A DNA stretch of 64,000 nt from Felis catus (GCF_018350175.1 NC_058368.1:236284001-236348000), one strand, 5' to 3'; positions 1 through 13,445 are shown, counted from the first letter of the stretch. Program-made: numbers and translations. Notes: a model not told the origin generated them from the sequence alone.

Positions 1-120
1 GTATGAATTATTTTAAGCTTCTGTTTGGTATGCTGGCCAGTCTTTAAAGAAGAATGCTGGTTGAGTCCACAAGAAGAGTGTATTTTGGTAAAACATTAAT
101 AAAAACATAATCTAATTTTT

Positions 121-330
121 GGGACACCTGGGTGGCTCAGTCGGTTAAGCGGTTAAGCATCTGACTTTGGCCCAGGTCATGATCTCACAGTACGTGAGTT
201 TGAGCCCCACGTCGGGCTCTGTGCTGACAGCTCAGAGCCTGGAGCCTGCTTCGGATCCTGTGTCTCCCTCTCTCTGCCCCTCCCCTGTTCATGCTCTGTC
301 TCTCTCAAAAATAAATAAACGTTAAAAAAA
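121..330 (+). mobile_element. Can-SINE (SINEC_Fc2-like)
   Basis: ggg..cctgggtggctcagtcggttaag tRNA-derived head, feliform ctcagagcctggagcctgcttcgga segment, CT tract and aataaa/A tail; internal 8-bp duplication cggttaag. Confidence 0.95.
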
Positions 331-1151
331 TATCATGTAATTTTTGATGGGACTTCACAAACTGCCAGACATCAGCCATGACACAGGCAATAAGATATCG
401 CCCACTTGTATCACCAGTCATGACATTATCCACTGGGCAAATTGTTTGAACATTTTTAATTTCCTACGGATTCTTCAAATGCACGTATTACTCTGCTCCT
501 TAAAAAGTAGTTAGTAAAAGTTTGCAAATATTTTGCCACCACTTTGCAAATGTTGCTCAGAAGATTTGCATAAGTAGTTTGTAAATGTTTTGAAACGTAT
601 ATAAGAAAAGAAGGAAACGTAAGGATAAAGCAGAGGGCAAACAGGAGAGACACAGTCCGTAGACCTGGAAGAGAGGAGGGGGGCGAGGAATGGAAGCGGC
701 TTCAGGAACGGAGCGCAGTAGGAGACGGAGAGAGGGAGAGAAAGCAATACGCACAGGTCAACATTCTCCTTCAGGCTGGTGTTAAATCGAACGTCAAGGA
801 TACTGAGTGGATTGTTATTGTATTTGTGATGAGGAAGGAGGTAGGCATTGCACCACTTGGAGTAGAAACGAACAAGCAGAGCACCTATGGCAGATGTATG
901 TGCTCGATGGAACTGGAAGGAGTTTACGTGTCACGGGGGGCTGTTCTGGCTGTAACACTAGCATGGACGATGTCGGGGCTTGTGAGTGCCTCTGAAGCCC
1001 TCCGGCCAAGGTCTGGATGGATGGGACCCAGGCAACTCAACAAGCACTGGGCTGGAAGAGCGGAGCTCTCGATCTGTGCCTTCTCAGGTTCCGTTTCTTT
1101 CCACGGTGTCTGGACTGTTACCGTGTCCTCACTGAACATCTGCCTGGGCCC

Positions 1152-1585
1152 TGCATTGGCTTGTGGGGCTGCCGTAAAAAACGCCCTAGACTGGGTGGCT
1201 TTAAACAATGGAAATTGATCATCTCGCGGCCTGGCCTCCAGAAGTACGACGTCCAAGTGTTAGCAGTGCTGCGCCATCGCTGAAGGCTCTGGGGAGAACC
1301 TGCTCCATGTTCTAGCTTCTCAGGTCGCCGTCATTCTTTGACTTGTAGACACATCACCCCGGTGTCGGCTTGATCTTTACATGGCCTTTTACATCTCCGC
1401 CTGTGTCTCTCTTCTTACAAGCACCCCAGTCACAGGGGAGTAGGGCCCATCTGAATGACATCATCTTAACTTGATTACACCTGCGAAGATCCTATTTCCG
1501 AAGAAGGTCACATCCACAGGTGCCAGGGATTAGAAAGTCAACATATCTTTTGAGGGGGGGGGGATGCAATTCAACCCCAGAAACA
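1152..1585 (-). mobile_element. MLT1 (ERVL-MaLR) solo LTR
   Basis: Antisense MLT1 hallmarks: ggctgccgtaa..ctgggtggctttaaacaa, catcttaacttgattacacctgcgaagatcctatttcc, aattcaaccc end. Confidence 0.85.
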
Positions 1586-3692
1586 CTTACTGACTTCAGA
1601 AGCAGGATAGTTGCTGCATCCTCATGGGTCATTGGCCGCGGGCCGTGACCCCCAAGTCAGGAGTTGTACTTGGAGAAGAGGGCAGAGCTGCGCGGGGAAT
1701 GGGGACTCCCACGGGGGCCTGATCACGGAGGCCGTGGAGGCCGTGCTGGGGAGGCGCCTCTGCTCCAGATTTGCAGCCTTTGCTTTGCTGTAAATCTTCA
1801 ACGAAGAGTATAGGTAACGTTCCCAGAAAGGAAAACTTTGGCGAGGCAGAAAGAAGTGTTCTAACCGCAACATTGAATTACAGGGAAGACTAAGGCGCAG
1901 AGAGAATGTTAAGTACCGCGACTATAATAAAAAAGAATAATTAACGATCAGAGAGGACGCTTCCGTCTTAGTCCGTGATGATGCAGAAGAGAGGTGAGAG
2001 TATTGCTTAACCAACTGTTAAATCAACTCAGATCGCCTTTAGTTATAGACCTCCTCTCCCCGCACATCCAACTTTTATTTCCAGTGTACCATACGGAGAA
2101 GGTAAAGATGCTTTCTTCCCATATGTTTTCATTCTCCCGAACCACACACTTAATGGAAATTACCTTCCAGTCTCCAACTGAACATTCTTCTTTTTGAGTT
2201 GAGCTCTGAAATCATCCGTGAATCTCCAAGGGACATTTGCGTTAAATTTGAATAGAAATAGAGCAGATTCGTGCGGGGGGTTGGGGTGGGAAGTGATATA
2301 CAACATAGATGTGGCAATAATCCTATTTATGAGACTCTTCCGGCTCTCCATCCTCAGACTGGCAAACACATACCACATCAGCTCTGCAAAGATAAGATAG
2401 CGCGAGAGCATTAGGCCGTCATTCGGTCATGGAGCTCACCTGCACGGAGTCCCCACTCCATGGCAGACACTGTTCTATCCATGCTCAGCCTCTGGAGAAG
2501 AAGTTCTGGTGAGAGGCAAGAAAATGGACGTGAATATACTAATTCACCAGGGTGTTTGCCAACCCCTCCTTTGCATCACGTGCTCAAATACACCCAGTCT
2601 CCATTGAGTCATGTAAACAGAAAGCAGTAGGGAGCCCTGAGCCAAGGCGTGCGCTAAAACCAGTTGGGCCGAAGCAGGATCCGGATAAGGCAACTCCAAT
2701 CATCAGGCATCATCACGCAGACCAAGCACGGGGCCAAAGGAATCAACACTGATGTTGGCTCCCGGAGACCCAGCGTCATGGAAGACGGTAGAAAGCAACA
2801 GGAGATGACATTCAAACATGTGTCGAGTTAGCTAAGAAAAAGAAGATAGCTCAAGAGCATCTTCACTTAACCTTGGCAGGATTCTGACGAGAGAGGGAAT
2901 ACATCCACAGAGCAGAAACCCCAAGCCCCCACTATAAACACTTTGACACTTTGACAATGTTTTTAATTAAAAGTCACTTTAAAAGGAAAGGAGGGGAAAG
3001 AGAGAGAGAGTTGTGAGAGAGAGGGGGAGAAAGAGGAGAAGAAGAAATTTGAATTCAAGTTCTGTTAAGTTTAAATGTAACAAAAATGACAAATCGTCCT
3101 AGTGGGCTTTGTAAACAGATACAGGAAAAGCAAGACATGGGTTAATTATAGGAAGAACGAGATTCCCCATAAAGAGGGACCTAAAATTTTTTGCGGATGT
3201 GGAGAGTCATGGCTGGAAATGAACCGTGTGCCTACCGTGGCAAGAAACCACAGAGACACCAGAACCAGGAACCAGGTCAGGCCATGAAGTGGCTCAAGCA
3301 GGAACCTCTGGGATCTTTGAAGAACACGATCCAAAGTCACCAAGTCAAGATCTGGGTGTGAATCAGTGAAAAGGAGTCCCTGGTCTTCACGAAAAGGCAC
3401 AGCACATTTTGATACACATGAGGGACATTAAAAGAGGTGAAGATTCAGGAAAACAAAACAAAACAAAACAAAAAAACTTGCCTAATAGGAGAAATACCTC
3501 ACCACAAAATGGAATGGACAGAATAGCCTGGAAATAATATTAACAGAATATGTTTACATTAGTCAATAAATAAAGGAAAGGATAACTAAATTGATAAAAC
3601 AAATTAGAAGGACAGATTAAAAAATACATTGATATGAAAGAGAACCAATTTCAAATCCTGGAAATAAAATATAAACCACATATTAAAAACAC

Positions 3693-3900
3693 GGGGTGCC
3701 TGGGTGGCTTAGTCAGATAAGTGTCAGACTCTTGGTTTGGGCTAAGTCATGATCTCGTGGTTCGTGAGTTTGAGCCCCGCATCAGGCTCTGCCCTGAGAG
3801 TACAGAGCCTGCTTGGGATTCTCTGTCTCTTCCTCTTCCTCTTCTCGTCCCCTGCTTATTCTGTCTCTCTCAAAATAAATTAATTAAAAATAAAGAAATA
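3693..3900 (+). mobile_element. Can-SINE (older subfamily)
   Basis: ggggtgcctgggtggcttagtc head, gagcctgcttgggattctct, CT tract, A-rich tail. Confidence 0.93.
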
Positions 3901-4678
3901 AATACCCAACGGGAAAAAATAAACTCTGTACAAGAAATACCTGGAAAGAGAATTCTCAGATATGAAGATAAGGATGAAGACACATCACAGGGAGGAAAAT
4001 AGGTCAGAAAGGTCAAAAAGGTTGATGAAAGAAAGAAACGATGGCGTGGCAAAGTATAGCAGTCACACTCTTCTAAGGCTCTCGGACATTCAGGGCTGAG
4101 AAGAATAATTAAAGTAAGTCCACAAGAGACGTGTTTTGATAAAACCATGTAGAATAAAATATAAATAGAAAACGTACCAGAGACTTTTATAAACCTCATA
4201 ATGATAGAGGTGCACATGCGCGCTGACCCCAGGCATCTCCTTCGCGATAACATAAGCTAGAACATCATAGAACCCTGTGTCCTCAAAGCGTGAGAGAAAC
4301 CAGTGGCGGCCTGGCTGGTCAAACCCGCCGCTGTGATTCCGCATGCAAAGAGCTTAGCGAGCAATTTATACCCTGAAGACTCAAAACAATGTTAGGCACT
4401 CAGGGAAGATTTCAGAAGGAGAACGTGGGAAAAACCTAACGAGATAAATGGATACATTGTATGAATAACATAATTCATGGTTGATTATATATATTATTTA
4501 TGGTTTACTAAAAACAGAAGTAAGCGTGTGGCTCTAACAGCATAGACAACAGAAGAGGTGGTTACGGAGGGAGATTCAGCCACACCATGACCTAGTTTCA
4601 TTCTGAAGGAGGGCAGAACAATTAAATTTCAGGTAAGTGACAAAGTATGACTTTGATATTGAAAAATGTACAAAATAT

Positions 4679-4872
4679 GGGACGCCCGGCTGGCTCAGTC
4701 GGTGAAGTGTCCAACTTTGCCTCATGATTGCATAGTTCATGGGTTCGAGCTCCGCATCGGGCTCTGTGCTGACCGCTCAGAGCCTGGAGCCTGCTTCGGA
4801 TTCTGTGTTTCCCTCTCTCTTTGCCCCTCCCCTGCTCTCTCTCTGTCTCAAACTTAAATAAGTAACCATTTT
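4679..4872 (+). mobile_element. Can-SINE (SINEC_Fc2-like), first of tandem trio
   Basis: gggacgcccggctggctcagtcggtg head; ctcagagcctggagcctgcttcggattc. Confidence 0.93.
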
Positions 4873-5100
4873 GGGGGCGCCTGGGTGGCTCAGTCAGTTA
4901 AGTGTCCAACTTCGGCTCAGGTCATGATCTCACGGTTCATGGGTTTGAGCCCCATGTCGGGCTCTGTGCTGACAGCTCAGAGCTTGGAGCCTGCTTCAGA
5001 TTCTGTGTCTCCCTCTCTCTCTGCCCCTCCTCTGCTTGCGTTCTCTCTCTGTCTCTCTCTTTTCTCTCAAAATAAAAAAAAACATTAATTTTTTTTTTAA
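4873..5100 (+). mobile_element. Can-SINE (SINEC_Fc2-like), second of trio
   Basis: ggggcgcctgggtggctcagtcagttaag head to aataaaaaaaaacatt tail. Confidence 0.95.
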
Positions 5101-5115
5101 ATATACAAAATACTA

Positions 5116-5330
5116 GGGGTGCCTGGGTGGCTCAGTCAATTAAGCATCAGACTTCGGCTCAGGTCATGATCTCACAGTCCGTGGGTTCAAGCCCCACCTT
5201 GAGCTCTGTGCTGACAACAGGAAGCCTAGAGCCTTCCTCACATTCTGTGTCTCCCTCTTTCTCTGCCCCTCCCCCTCTCATGCTCTGTCAGTCTCTCTCT
5301 CGAGAATAAATAAACATTACATTTTCTTTA
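5116..5330 (+). mobile_element. Can-SINE (SINEC_Fc2-like), third of trio
   Basis: ggggtgcctgggtggctcagtcaattaag head; flanked on both sides by aatatacaaaata. Confidence 0.95.
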
Positions 5331-5629
5331 ATATACAAAATAGTTAGGTTATTAATAGGTAGATCCATAACTATATTTACTTGCAGAAAAGCTAAAATAA
5401 TGGATGTGAAATAATACCCACAACATTCTTGATCAAAAAGCCGGAGGATAAACCGGGCGGGAAAGAAAGGCAGACGGACAGTCTGATGGATGGTGTCTTA
5501 CTTAAGTTTAGCACGACTTTACGTTTTAAGAACAATCTGAAGAAAAGAAGAGAAAGTATCACCGCTCGGTTATATCAGCCTTTCCACCATGCTGACGCGG
5601 AAGGTGGCGCAGTCCCTTAACGGGGGACT

Positions 5630-5835
5630 TGTTGACACTTGCCCCTGTGTCCAGCACCGTGCTGGGCACTGGGCGTTCACAGATCCGTTCTGGCTCACAG
5701 CTTGCCCACGAGACACACGGTGCTGTTCCCATTCACCAGATGTGGAAACTGAGTCATCAAGAGGCCAAGTGACTCACCTGAGACCACAAGGTTATTAAGC
5801 GAGAGGGTCAGGATCTGACATCAGGCTTCTGGGTA
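5630..5835 (-). mobile_element. MIR SINE relic
   Basis: MIR core cccattcaccagatgtggaaactgagtc..aagtgactcacctgagaccaca. Confidence 0.7.
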
Positions 5836-5848
5836 CCCTCTCCTATCT

Positions 5849-6082
5849 CAGGATTTCTAAACTCAGCACTGTCGTCACTGCTGAGCCTTGGTCACAGCCT
5901 CCAGCCACAGGAGCCTTGGTCACGGGGGGCAGTTCTGCACACTGTAGGACTGCTTGCATTCTTGGACCCTTCTCACCACGTGCCGACAGCAAACACCCCT
6001 CCCCGGGCGTGACGACCAACCGTGTCCCCAGATGTTGGGGACGTTTCCTGGGGGCAAAGTCACTCCTGGCTGGAGACTCTTG
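5849..6082 (+). mobile_element. MER20 (hAT-Charlie) DNA transposon relic
   Basis: caggatttctaaactcagcactg start, ggggcagttctgcacactgtaggac, gtgacgaccaaccgtgtccccaga, ggggcaaagtcactcctggctggaga end. Confidence 0.75.
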
Positions 6083-6199
6083 TATTTCGCAACCACATCC
6101 CACACTTTGGGGTATAAGGAACTGCCTGCATTCTAAGAACAGCTGTACGATATGGAAGAACAATGTGACGTAGACTCCTCACCCGGACATAGTGCTTTT

Positions 6200-6660
6200 A
6201 GTAGTTTGGCAGATTTTTTTCAGTCTTTTTCCTGTGCGTGTTTTGTACAAAATAGGATACCCAAGGAAGAGTCATATTTTTTCACTCAACGTGACAAGAT
6301 GAAGGATTTCCAAAGTGACACGTAGTTTGCTAATACAGTAGCTTTTATGATTCTTTAACCTTCTACTTTATGACTAATCATTTAATTAAAAGTCCCATCA
6401 CCTTTGAAACTTAGGTTGTCTCCAATGTTCATTATTATACTATTATTCATTGAGTCAATACTATGCTTATTCACTTACACTTTGTATATCTTTATTCCCT
6501 TAGGAAAAACTCTTAGAAAAAATATTTCTGGGTTAAAACGTATTCCCATATTTAAATTTCAGTATATATTTTGACCAATCACATTCCTGAAATTTTGTGC
6601 CTGATGCAAATCCCACCAGAAATGAATCAAGTGCTGGTTTTACCGGAGCTGTGAGAGTAT
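6200..6660 (-). mobile_element. ancient L1 (L1ME-like) 3' fragment
   Basis: ttaggttgtctccaatgtt, ttccttaggaaaaactcttaga..tttctgggttaaa and tcccaccagaaatg resemble an antisense old-L1 3' end. Confidence 0.6.
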
Positions 6661-9482
6661 GGCCTGACTTGTGGTCTGTATTTAAGTTGTCCAAGTAGTA
6701 GCCAGAGGAAGCTCCTTCTAGGGCTTGCACGTTCAGTGTCCAGATCATTGTCGGTGCCTCGGTCATTTACACGCCCCGGACAGGGAACCTTAAAGTTTGC
6801 AATTGTTACCCACAAGTCTTCTCCCAAGAAGCGCTCATCGCTAGGACTCAGGCCGGTGTTCAGTAGAAAGAAGGAAATAAATTTTCTAATAAGCAGAAGA
6901 AAATAGACCCAGAGAAGCTCCAGGGGAATTATATACCATGTATGAGATATAGAGAATGAAAACAATGACTGAGGAGAATGCCAGCACCAGGGGTACCTTT
7001 AAGGGCCAACCCTACAGATTTGAGCACACCGAGGGACATGTTACTTAAATATTTGCGTGATTTATCGACTTGCTTAATTCAAGTGCAATGTGTGTGTGTA
7101 TCCAAGTGTGTGAGAGTGTGCGTATAAATACAGAAATTTTGCACGCCCTGCTGAGTTGGATTTTAATTAAAAGAAAAAGTGAGCCACACAAAGTCATCTT
7201 AGAGGAGATCTGCATCAACCCTGCCAAGAATGTCTATGAAAAGGCATTGTAAGGAGACCCTCACTGCCCTGGGTGCCCAAGTCGGTGTCTCCCCTGGGCC
7301 CCGGCATGTGCAGCTGTCATGAGTAGATAACATACGATCCATGGGTTTTTAGGGAGGAGGGATGAAAATGTCCCCCGGTCTGGTCCAGGGGAGGACCCCA
7401 TGAGTGGAACAGTGTGCGTGGATCAGCATCAGGTTGGCTCAGACTCTCGTCTGTGGTGGCACAGTGTTGGGCACCCATGGCAAGCAGCACGGGGAGGGGG
7501 GGTGCACAGTGCCTTGATCTGAGGACTGTGTACCTCTGGGACACGTCGGGATCCTGCAATGTGGGCTTGAGGCTGGGATATACTCCAACACCACTTCCCT
7601 TGGGAAGCTGGAAGCACAAGCCGTGTCTGGAGCAGAGAGGTCCTCGGGGCTCAGGTAGGTGTCAGAACCCTCAGTAAGCAAATCAGCACCATGATGGTCA
7701 AAGACCTAGCAGGTGCCAGAGATGCAGAGCTGAGTCCAGGCCACAAGCTCTCCTCATTCTTTCTCTGTCTTGTCTTTGAAGCCGGAAGAGTTCAGTCTGA
7801 CTCCCGGGTTCCGGTGATAGCCTGGAGTGGGGCAGAGGTCTCAAGAAGGCGGTACCGAAACTCTTGATAATTTGCAGGAAGAATCTTAAACTTGATGGAA
7901 GAAAGAATCTTACACCTGTTATAAAAGCGTATGTTTTCATCTTTGCGAGCGTGAGTATGTGTCTGTGTGTGCGTACATAGGGGGGCAGATAGATAAACTA
8001 TCGCCACGTGGTTGTGAAGCATGGAGGAAAGAAAGGTGGGGTGGTCCACTCAGGTACACTCCCACTGTGGTTTCTTTGTGCGATACGGACCGGGCGATTT
8101 GCTATCTGCGAGATGATTTACCCACTTGAAGCTGAAACATTACTGCGGCCCCGCTCTACTGTTACCCAAGGGAGAAAGTTATAGACCCATTAACGTGTTG
8201 AGCCCTTGCTTGATGAAGAGCCTGGTGCACAGCTCATTTTCTGCTTCTCTGCATCTAACACTCCATCAACCACGCCGGCCAAGCTCTGGAACCGATTTTG
8301 TGGTTCGGTGGGCCACGGTGATCTATGGCGCCTTCGGCAGGGAGTCGTTTCTGAGCTCACAGAAATCCCGAGGTGGAGAAGGAAACCCCTGGGATTGGGT
8401 TGGACCACACTCGCACACCTGTGAGATGAGGAGGGCTACGAGTCCCTCCGTTGGGCCGGTTCACCTGGAGAGCCCACGCAATCCCTCTCAGAGACGCAAC
8501 CCTTGAAACGGTAGAAGCAACTGCTGTGCTCCCCAGAGAAATCCTCCCACTTATTGTGCTAAGCAGACCAAGTTCTCTGCCATACGCGTTAAAGGCACAC
8601 AGATACATTTGCGTAGGGGAAGAAAATTCGTAGAGATGAATTTTAGGGTGGCGGGAACGTACATTTACTGTGGGTCCGCGTTCTTACCCGTTCCCTTCTC
8701 CCAGCGGCAGTCAATGGCAGTCATTGCTATCCTGTTGTGGAAGGTCCAAGCTCAGTAAGGTTGACCCCGATACCGGCAATGACCTGAGGGAGTTTCAGAG
8801 TGACTTCACAATCAGGTGTTTCTGCTACACCGGGCAGGCGCCGATGAGTGTGTGTTCTCTTCCCACATTCCAGACTCCACTCTACCCAACGTGGAGGGTC
8901 ATTCTTTCCTACACATTCTTCTTTTCTTTCTTAATTCCTAAATGTCTTTTAATTTATCTTTTCCAGTGCCCTGTTAGAATGAGCGTGGGTGGTTGAAGAC
9001 AAAGGGGCCCTCGTGAGATATCTTCACAGTAGATTGAAGCCCAGGAAGGCAGGCCCGTTGTAGCATAGCCTCCTCTCCTCTGTCGGATTGGCCTGTGCCA
9101 ACAGGGTGGCCCCGTGTCCCACTGACTCTGTGCTTGTCCACTGCCCTGTCACCCTCCTTGTTCAGCTGTCCCTGTCTTCCTGGTCTTGGACTCTGAAGGA
9201 GCTGTGTCCTCCTGCTCTGGTCTAAATGTCCAGGGCTGCTGTGGACACCCAGTCATGCGCTTAGCCCCACTGGCATTATGAGGAAGCCCACCACGAGAGA
9301 TCAGTGGAGATATCAGGAAAACTGTTATCATTTCTTCTCCAAGTTGAAAGAACCTCTGGGAAGGGAGAGAAATCAATTCAATGATGTCGTGGTTGGTGGT
9401 CATCTAACCCTAGACAAAAAGCTGTAGCAATATACCTCCTAAATTGAGGTACTTTTGAGGTGACGGATTCTATTGAATAGAT

Positions 9483-9902
9483 CAGCTGGTCTCAGTCCAG
9501 GGTGACTTTGCCTCCCCAGGGATCGTCCAACAATGACCGGGATGAGGGAATCTACCAGCATCGAGCAGGCAGAGAAGAAGGACGCTGTTAAACTCCCTAC
9601 AGGGGGCACCTGGGGGGCTCAGTCGGTTAAGTGTCCAACTCTTGATTTTGGCCCAGGTCATGATCCCAAAGTTCATGAGGTGGAGCCCCGCGTCGGGCTC
9701 TGCTCTGACAGCATGGAGCCTGCTTGGGATTCTCTCTCTCCCCCTCTGTGTACCCTCCCCCCACTTTCCCACTCTCTCTCTCTCTCTCAAAATAAGTAAA
9801 CATTAAAAGAAAAAGAAAGACCTTCTGACCGTGCACAGGACAGAACCAGCCAAATAATTCTTCAGCCCCAAATGCCAGTAGTTGCCAGATTGAGAGACCT
9901 GG
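9483..9902 (-). mobile_element. MER20 relic interrupted by a Can-SINE
   Basis: gtgactttgcctccccaggga..gacgctgttaaactccctaca before the SINE; gtgcacaggacag..ccccaaatgccagtagttgccagattgaga after it. Confidence 0.75.
9602..9820 (+). mobile_element. Can-SINE (older subfamily)
   Basis: gggggcacctggggggctcagtcggttaag head, gacagcatggagcctgcttgggattc, CT tract, A tail. Confidence 0.95.
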
Positions 9903-11070
9903 GTACAGACAAAAAGTTACAAAGTCTGTGTCTATACTCATGTATGCAGACGGTGTGGCACTTTGGGCGACATCAGAAAAATATCTGGGTAGATTCCATC
10001 TCACGTATGACAAAACACTCAGAGTGGCATAATCGTGGAGACTAATGTGAACATCTGTGACACGTTAATTTCACATCTCTGCACAGCTCGCCTCACATAC
10101 CTTGATTAAACTTCCAAAACAGCGACTTTAGCCACTTTCCTCTACGGACGTTCAAACACCTGAAAGTTCCGTGTCGCATGGGAAATACCTAAACGTTTCC
10201 TTTTCCTGTCGATTTTGATCTGGGGCCTTGGGATCGCGCCGTGAGGGTCTGTGAGGTCAGAAAGCAGTTTTACTGGAGCCGAGTGGCTTGGGTGACCTGG
10301 AAAGATGGTCCGCCATGAAGAACATGGCACAGAAGGAAAGTGGCTCCCGCTCTGTCTTAGCAAGGTCTTCTTAGGCAAAGATGATGACATTACTCATTAT
10401 ACACCAGGTCCAAACACATTTCAGTCTTAGAACACATATGCAAGTGACAGATGAAAAGCGTTTAAGAATAGTGATGGATTGATTGAGTGGCTGATTGCCC
10501 TTCCTTCCTTACGTGGTACCCATGGTGAAACGTTTTACGCGTGCAAATTTTTGCCCAAGCCTTCCTGTTCTTTAAAGACAGTAGAAAACAAACGGACCCA
10601 ATGGCACAGTGAAAGGGTAACTTCTCTTACTTAAATCCAGACTAAATTCTCCCCTCTACTACAGTGAACAACAAATTCCGAAAGAATTTGCAGAATGCAT
10701 AAGTCTCAGGGAAGTCCATGTGCACCAAAAAGCTTGGAAGGTTCTCAAATCAGCTGAGTCGTCTGGGAACATCATAACCTAGGGTACAGAACATTTGCTC
10801 TTTCAACCAAGAAAACACACAAGGCAGAGGACAGACACATTAGAAGTGTTTAGGAAAGTTGGCCTTCATGGCAAAAGTGAAATATTTTGGAAGCACAACA
10901 CACTGTTCAGCCCTTCCTAGAAGACTCAACACATTTATGCAACCAAATGAATCTGCCGGCTTTCTCTTTTCCGTCTTCGCCTACTTAGACTTTCAAGCAT
11001 GGAACATGAACCAAAAAATCTTCCACAAGCATACGGAGAATAGAGGGTGCAGAAAAAGGGGGTGGGGGTA

Positions 11071-11161
11071 GGAGAGAAGGAGGAGAAGGAGGAGGAGAAA
11101 AGAGGAGAAAGAAGGAAGGAAGGGAGGGAGGGAGGGAGGGAGAGAGGGAAGGAGGGAGAAA
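11071..11161. repeat. polypurine GGA/GGGA low-complexity tract
   Basis: about 90 bp containing only G and A, including (GGGA)n. Confidence 0.9.
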
Positions 11162-12548
11162 TGGTGTGAGGAAGGAGATTTGGAACCAAAGGAAATGTTG
11201 GTGTTAATATGCCATTTCATAACCTTTATAAGACTGCATTACAGAGGCAGACTAGATAGTCTAGATGTGATTTGGTTCATTAGTGCATGAATTAGAATAT
11301 TCCAAGGGGTGGGGGGAAGCTGTCAATGAGATAAGCCAACAAGTCAAACTTCATATTGAGCACCAAGGCCAAGTGTTTATTGAGGCAGGCCCCAGTCTAG
11401 AAACATCATAGGGCACAGACTCTGTCCCTCCTTCAAATTACTGCGAAGGTGACGGCAGACCCCCGATCGAATGCAGGGGTCTTTCCTCAATGACACGGAG
11501 TCATGGATTTCGTTCTGAAACCCAAGATTAGAAAGCGGTTGCATTATTTTTTTCAGGATTTGAACCTCAACACATAGACAATGCCGTTTTCCAAATGAGG
11601 TATCCTGGGATGGTGGAAATGCCCTGTCAATACTCTGGCGACGCTGCCCCTGGTGTCTCCCCACCCCCCGAAAATAGACATCGGGCTTGGGCATTATCCA
11701 TAATGCATGGCTAGTGCCCATTTGCTTTGGAGGGAAAGAAAAATAAATGAGGCTTTTAAGGCTTCATCCGTAAGATCCCGGTGATGACAGTGTTTTTGAT
11801 CTCTCCATGCCACTAACAGGGCTGGGTGTAAACAATTGAGGAAATCTGAGTCCCTCCCCTTCGGGAGCGAGCCTGTTAAGATGCACCTGACGTTTTATTT
11901 ATACCAGTTTGGCTGAAAATGAATAGAATATGTCGAAGTCATGATTGTCAGATCCATGATATAGTATCATATTTCACATGGGTTTTCCAAATATTTATAA
12001 AAAAAAATCACGTTCTAATTGTCCTGTACGTTCCACTTATGATTTACCATTTCTCTGTTATATAATATCTGTGAAAGTGATGTAGTAGCCATACCCTCAA
12101 GAAATGCCTTGAGGGTTTTATCATTTAGGGAATATCTAAACCAAGAGCAAACTTAATTGTTAATGTGACAAGCCAGCATAAAGTTCTGATTAAAATAAAC
12201 CTAGAGCCAGTGATTGGGTCTACTAAGTTAGACACAGACAGATGGGGCCACTAAATCCTACGGTTTGGGGAAGGTTAATATAATAAAGATCAACGTCTTA
12301 TCAAGGTTTTAAGTATATCTGTAATATTTCTTTTGTAACGTATATGCCAAAGTATTTTTAAACACGTAAAATCGTAAAAATAAAAATATTTGGAGTGGAA
12401 ATAAGAGAAGCAGAATCTTCCATGAGAATGACTTCATCTATTAGGAGGGAAGCCTCAAATAACTACATTCGGCAGAATTTAACATAAATCTTAGTAAAAC
12501 AGAATGTAACTAACATATGTGTGTGTGCCATAAATTGAATACTTACAT

Positions 12549-12595
12549 TAATTTTTATATTTTTTTGAGAGAGAGATGGGGGTAAGGGGGAGAAA

Positions 12596-12628
<33 letters not shown>

Positions 12629-12749
12629 TGAGAGAGAGGGAATCTCAGCATGGAGCCCAACAAAAGGCTTAATCCCACAACCTTGAGATCATAACCTGAG
12701 CCGAAATCAAGAGTCCCACACTCAATAGACTGAGCCACCCAGGCTCCCC
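12549..12749 (-). mobile_element. Can-SINE (older subfamily)
   Basis: T-rich tail, (GA)n, ..gactgagccacccaggctcccc (reverse complement of head). Confidence 0.93.
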
Positions 12750-13379
12750 TGTCTGTCTTGTTTTAAACTGTTTCTGTGACTGTGTTTTCAAGTTCACTGG
12801 TATCGTCCTTTGCAATATCTAGTGTGTGATTATTTACATCCGGAGTACTTTCCATCGGAGACGTTGCAATCTCTCTCCTTAGACCAAGACTGTCGGCACA
12901 TCTCCAGAGTTCTTTCTGTATACGGTGCTGTCCCCTCCGTCACTCTGCCCTGCAATCTCCACCCACTATGCTCTCCCTGGACTCCAAGCTCTTGCGTCTA
13001 GAGGCAATTTTTCTATGGTGAAACTTTTTCTATGGTGAGAATTTTACCCACCACAGAGTACCATCTCCTTAATTCTGAACTTCCATTGGCCAAGGCAAAT
13101 GTTTTTGGGTCTGTTAAAAAGGCAAATTACCTGGGGGATTGAAAAGGAGCTGTCTGTGTGACTTTAGGGTTCCAGAGTGAGCCCTGGCCTTCTGTACGTG
13201 TTCATGTTGCAGGAAATGTGTCTTCTTACTTGACTTCATATTTGCAGCAGCAAAGTAGGACGTCTTCAGTTTTGTTCCCACCTTGCAGAAAAGCAGGCTC
13301 TGTGCAGGTACGCGTGTGTTGTACCTACAAGTACGTTGTGGGGTGATCAGACCGGCTAGGATTCCCTGCAGAGGACACA

Positions 13380-13445
13380 GAGACTGCTGGAGATTCTCTC
13401 CCACTCCCTCTCTGTCTCCTTCTCTCAAAATAAATCATTAAACTC
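13380..13445 (+). mobile_element. 5'-truncated Can-SINE tail fragment
   Basis: gagactgctggagattctctc..ctctcaaaataaat matches the 3' half of a SINEC only. Confidence 0.6.

Noticed and set aside
121..220. tRNA gene-like A/B boxes
   Set aside because: These are the tRNA-derived heads of Can-SINEs and continue into SINE body and tail; the same applies to all copies.
4630..4638. Consensus splice donor CAG|GTAAGT
   Set aside because: Isolated, within probable old L1-like sequence, with no convincing upstream acceptor or frame.
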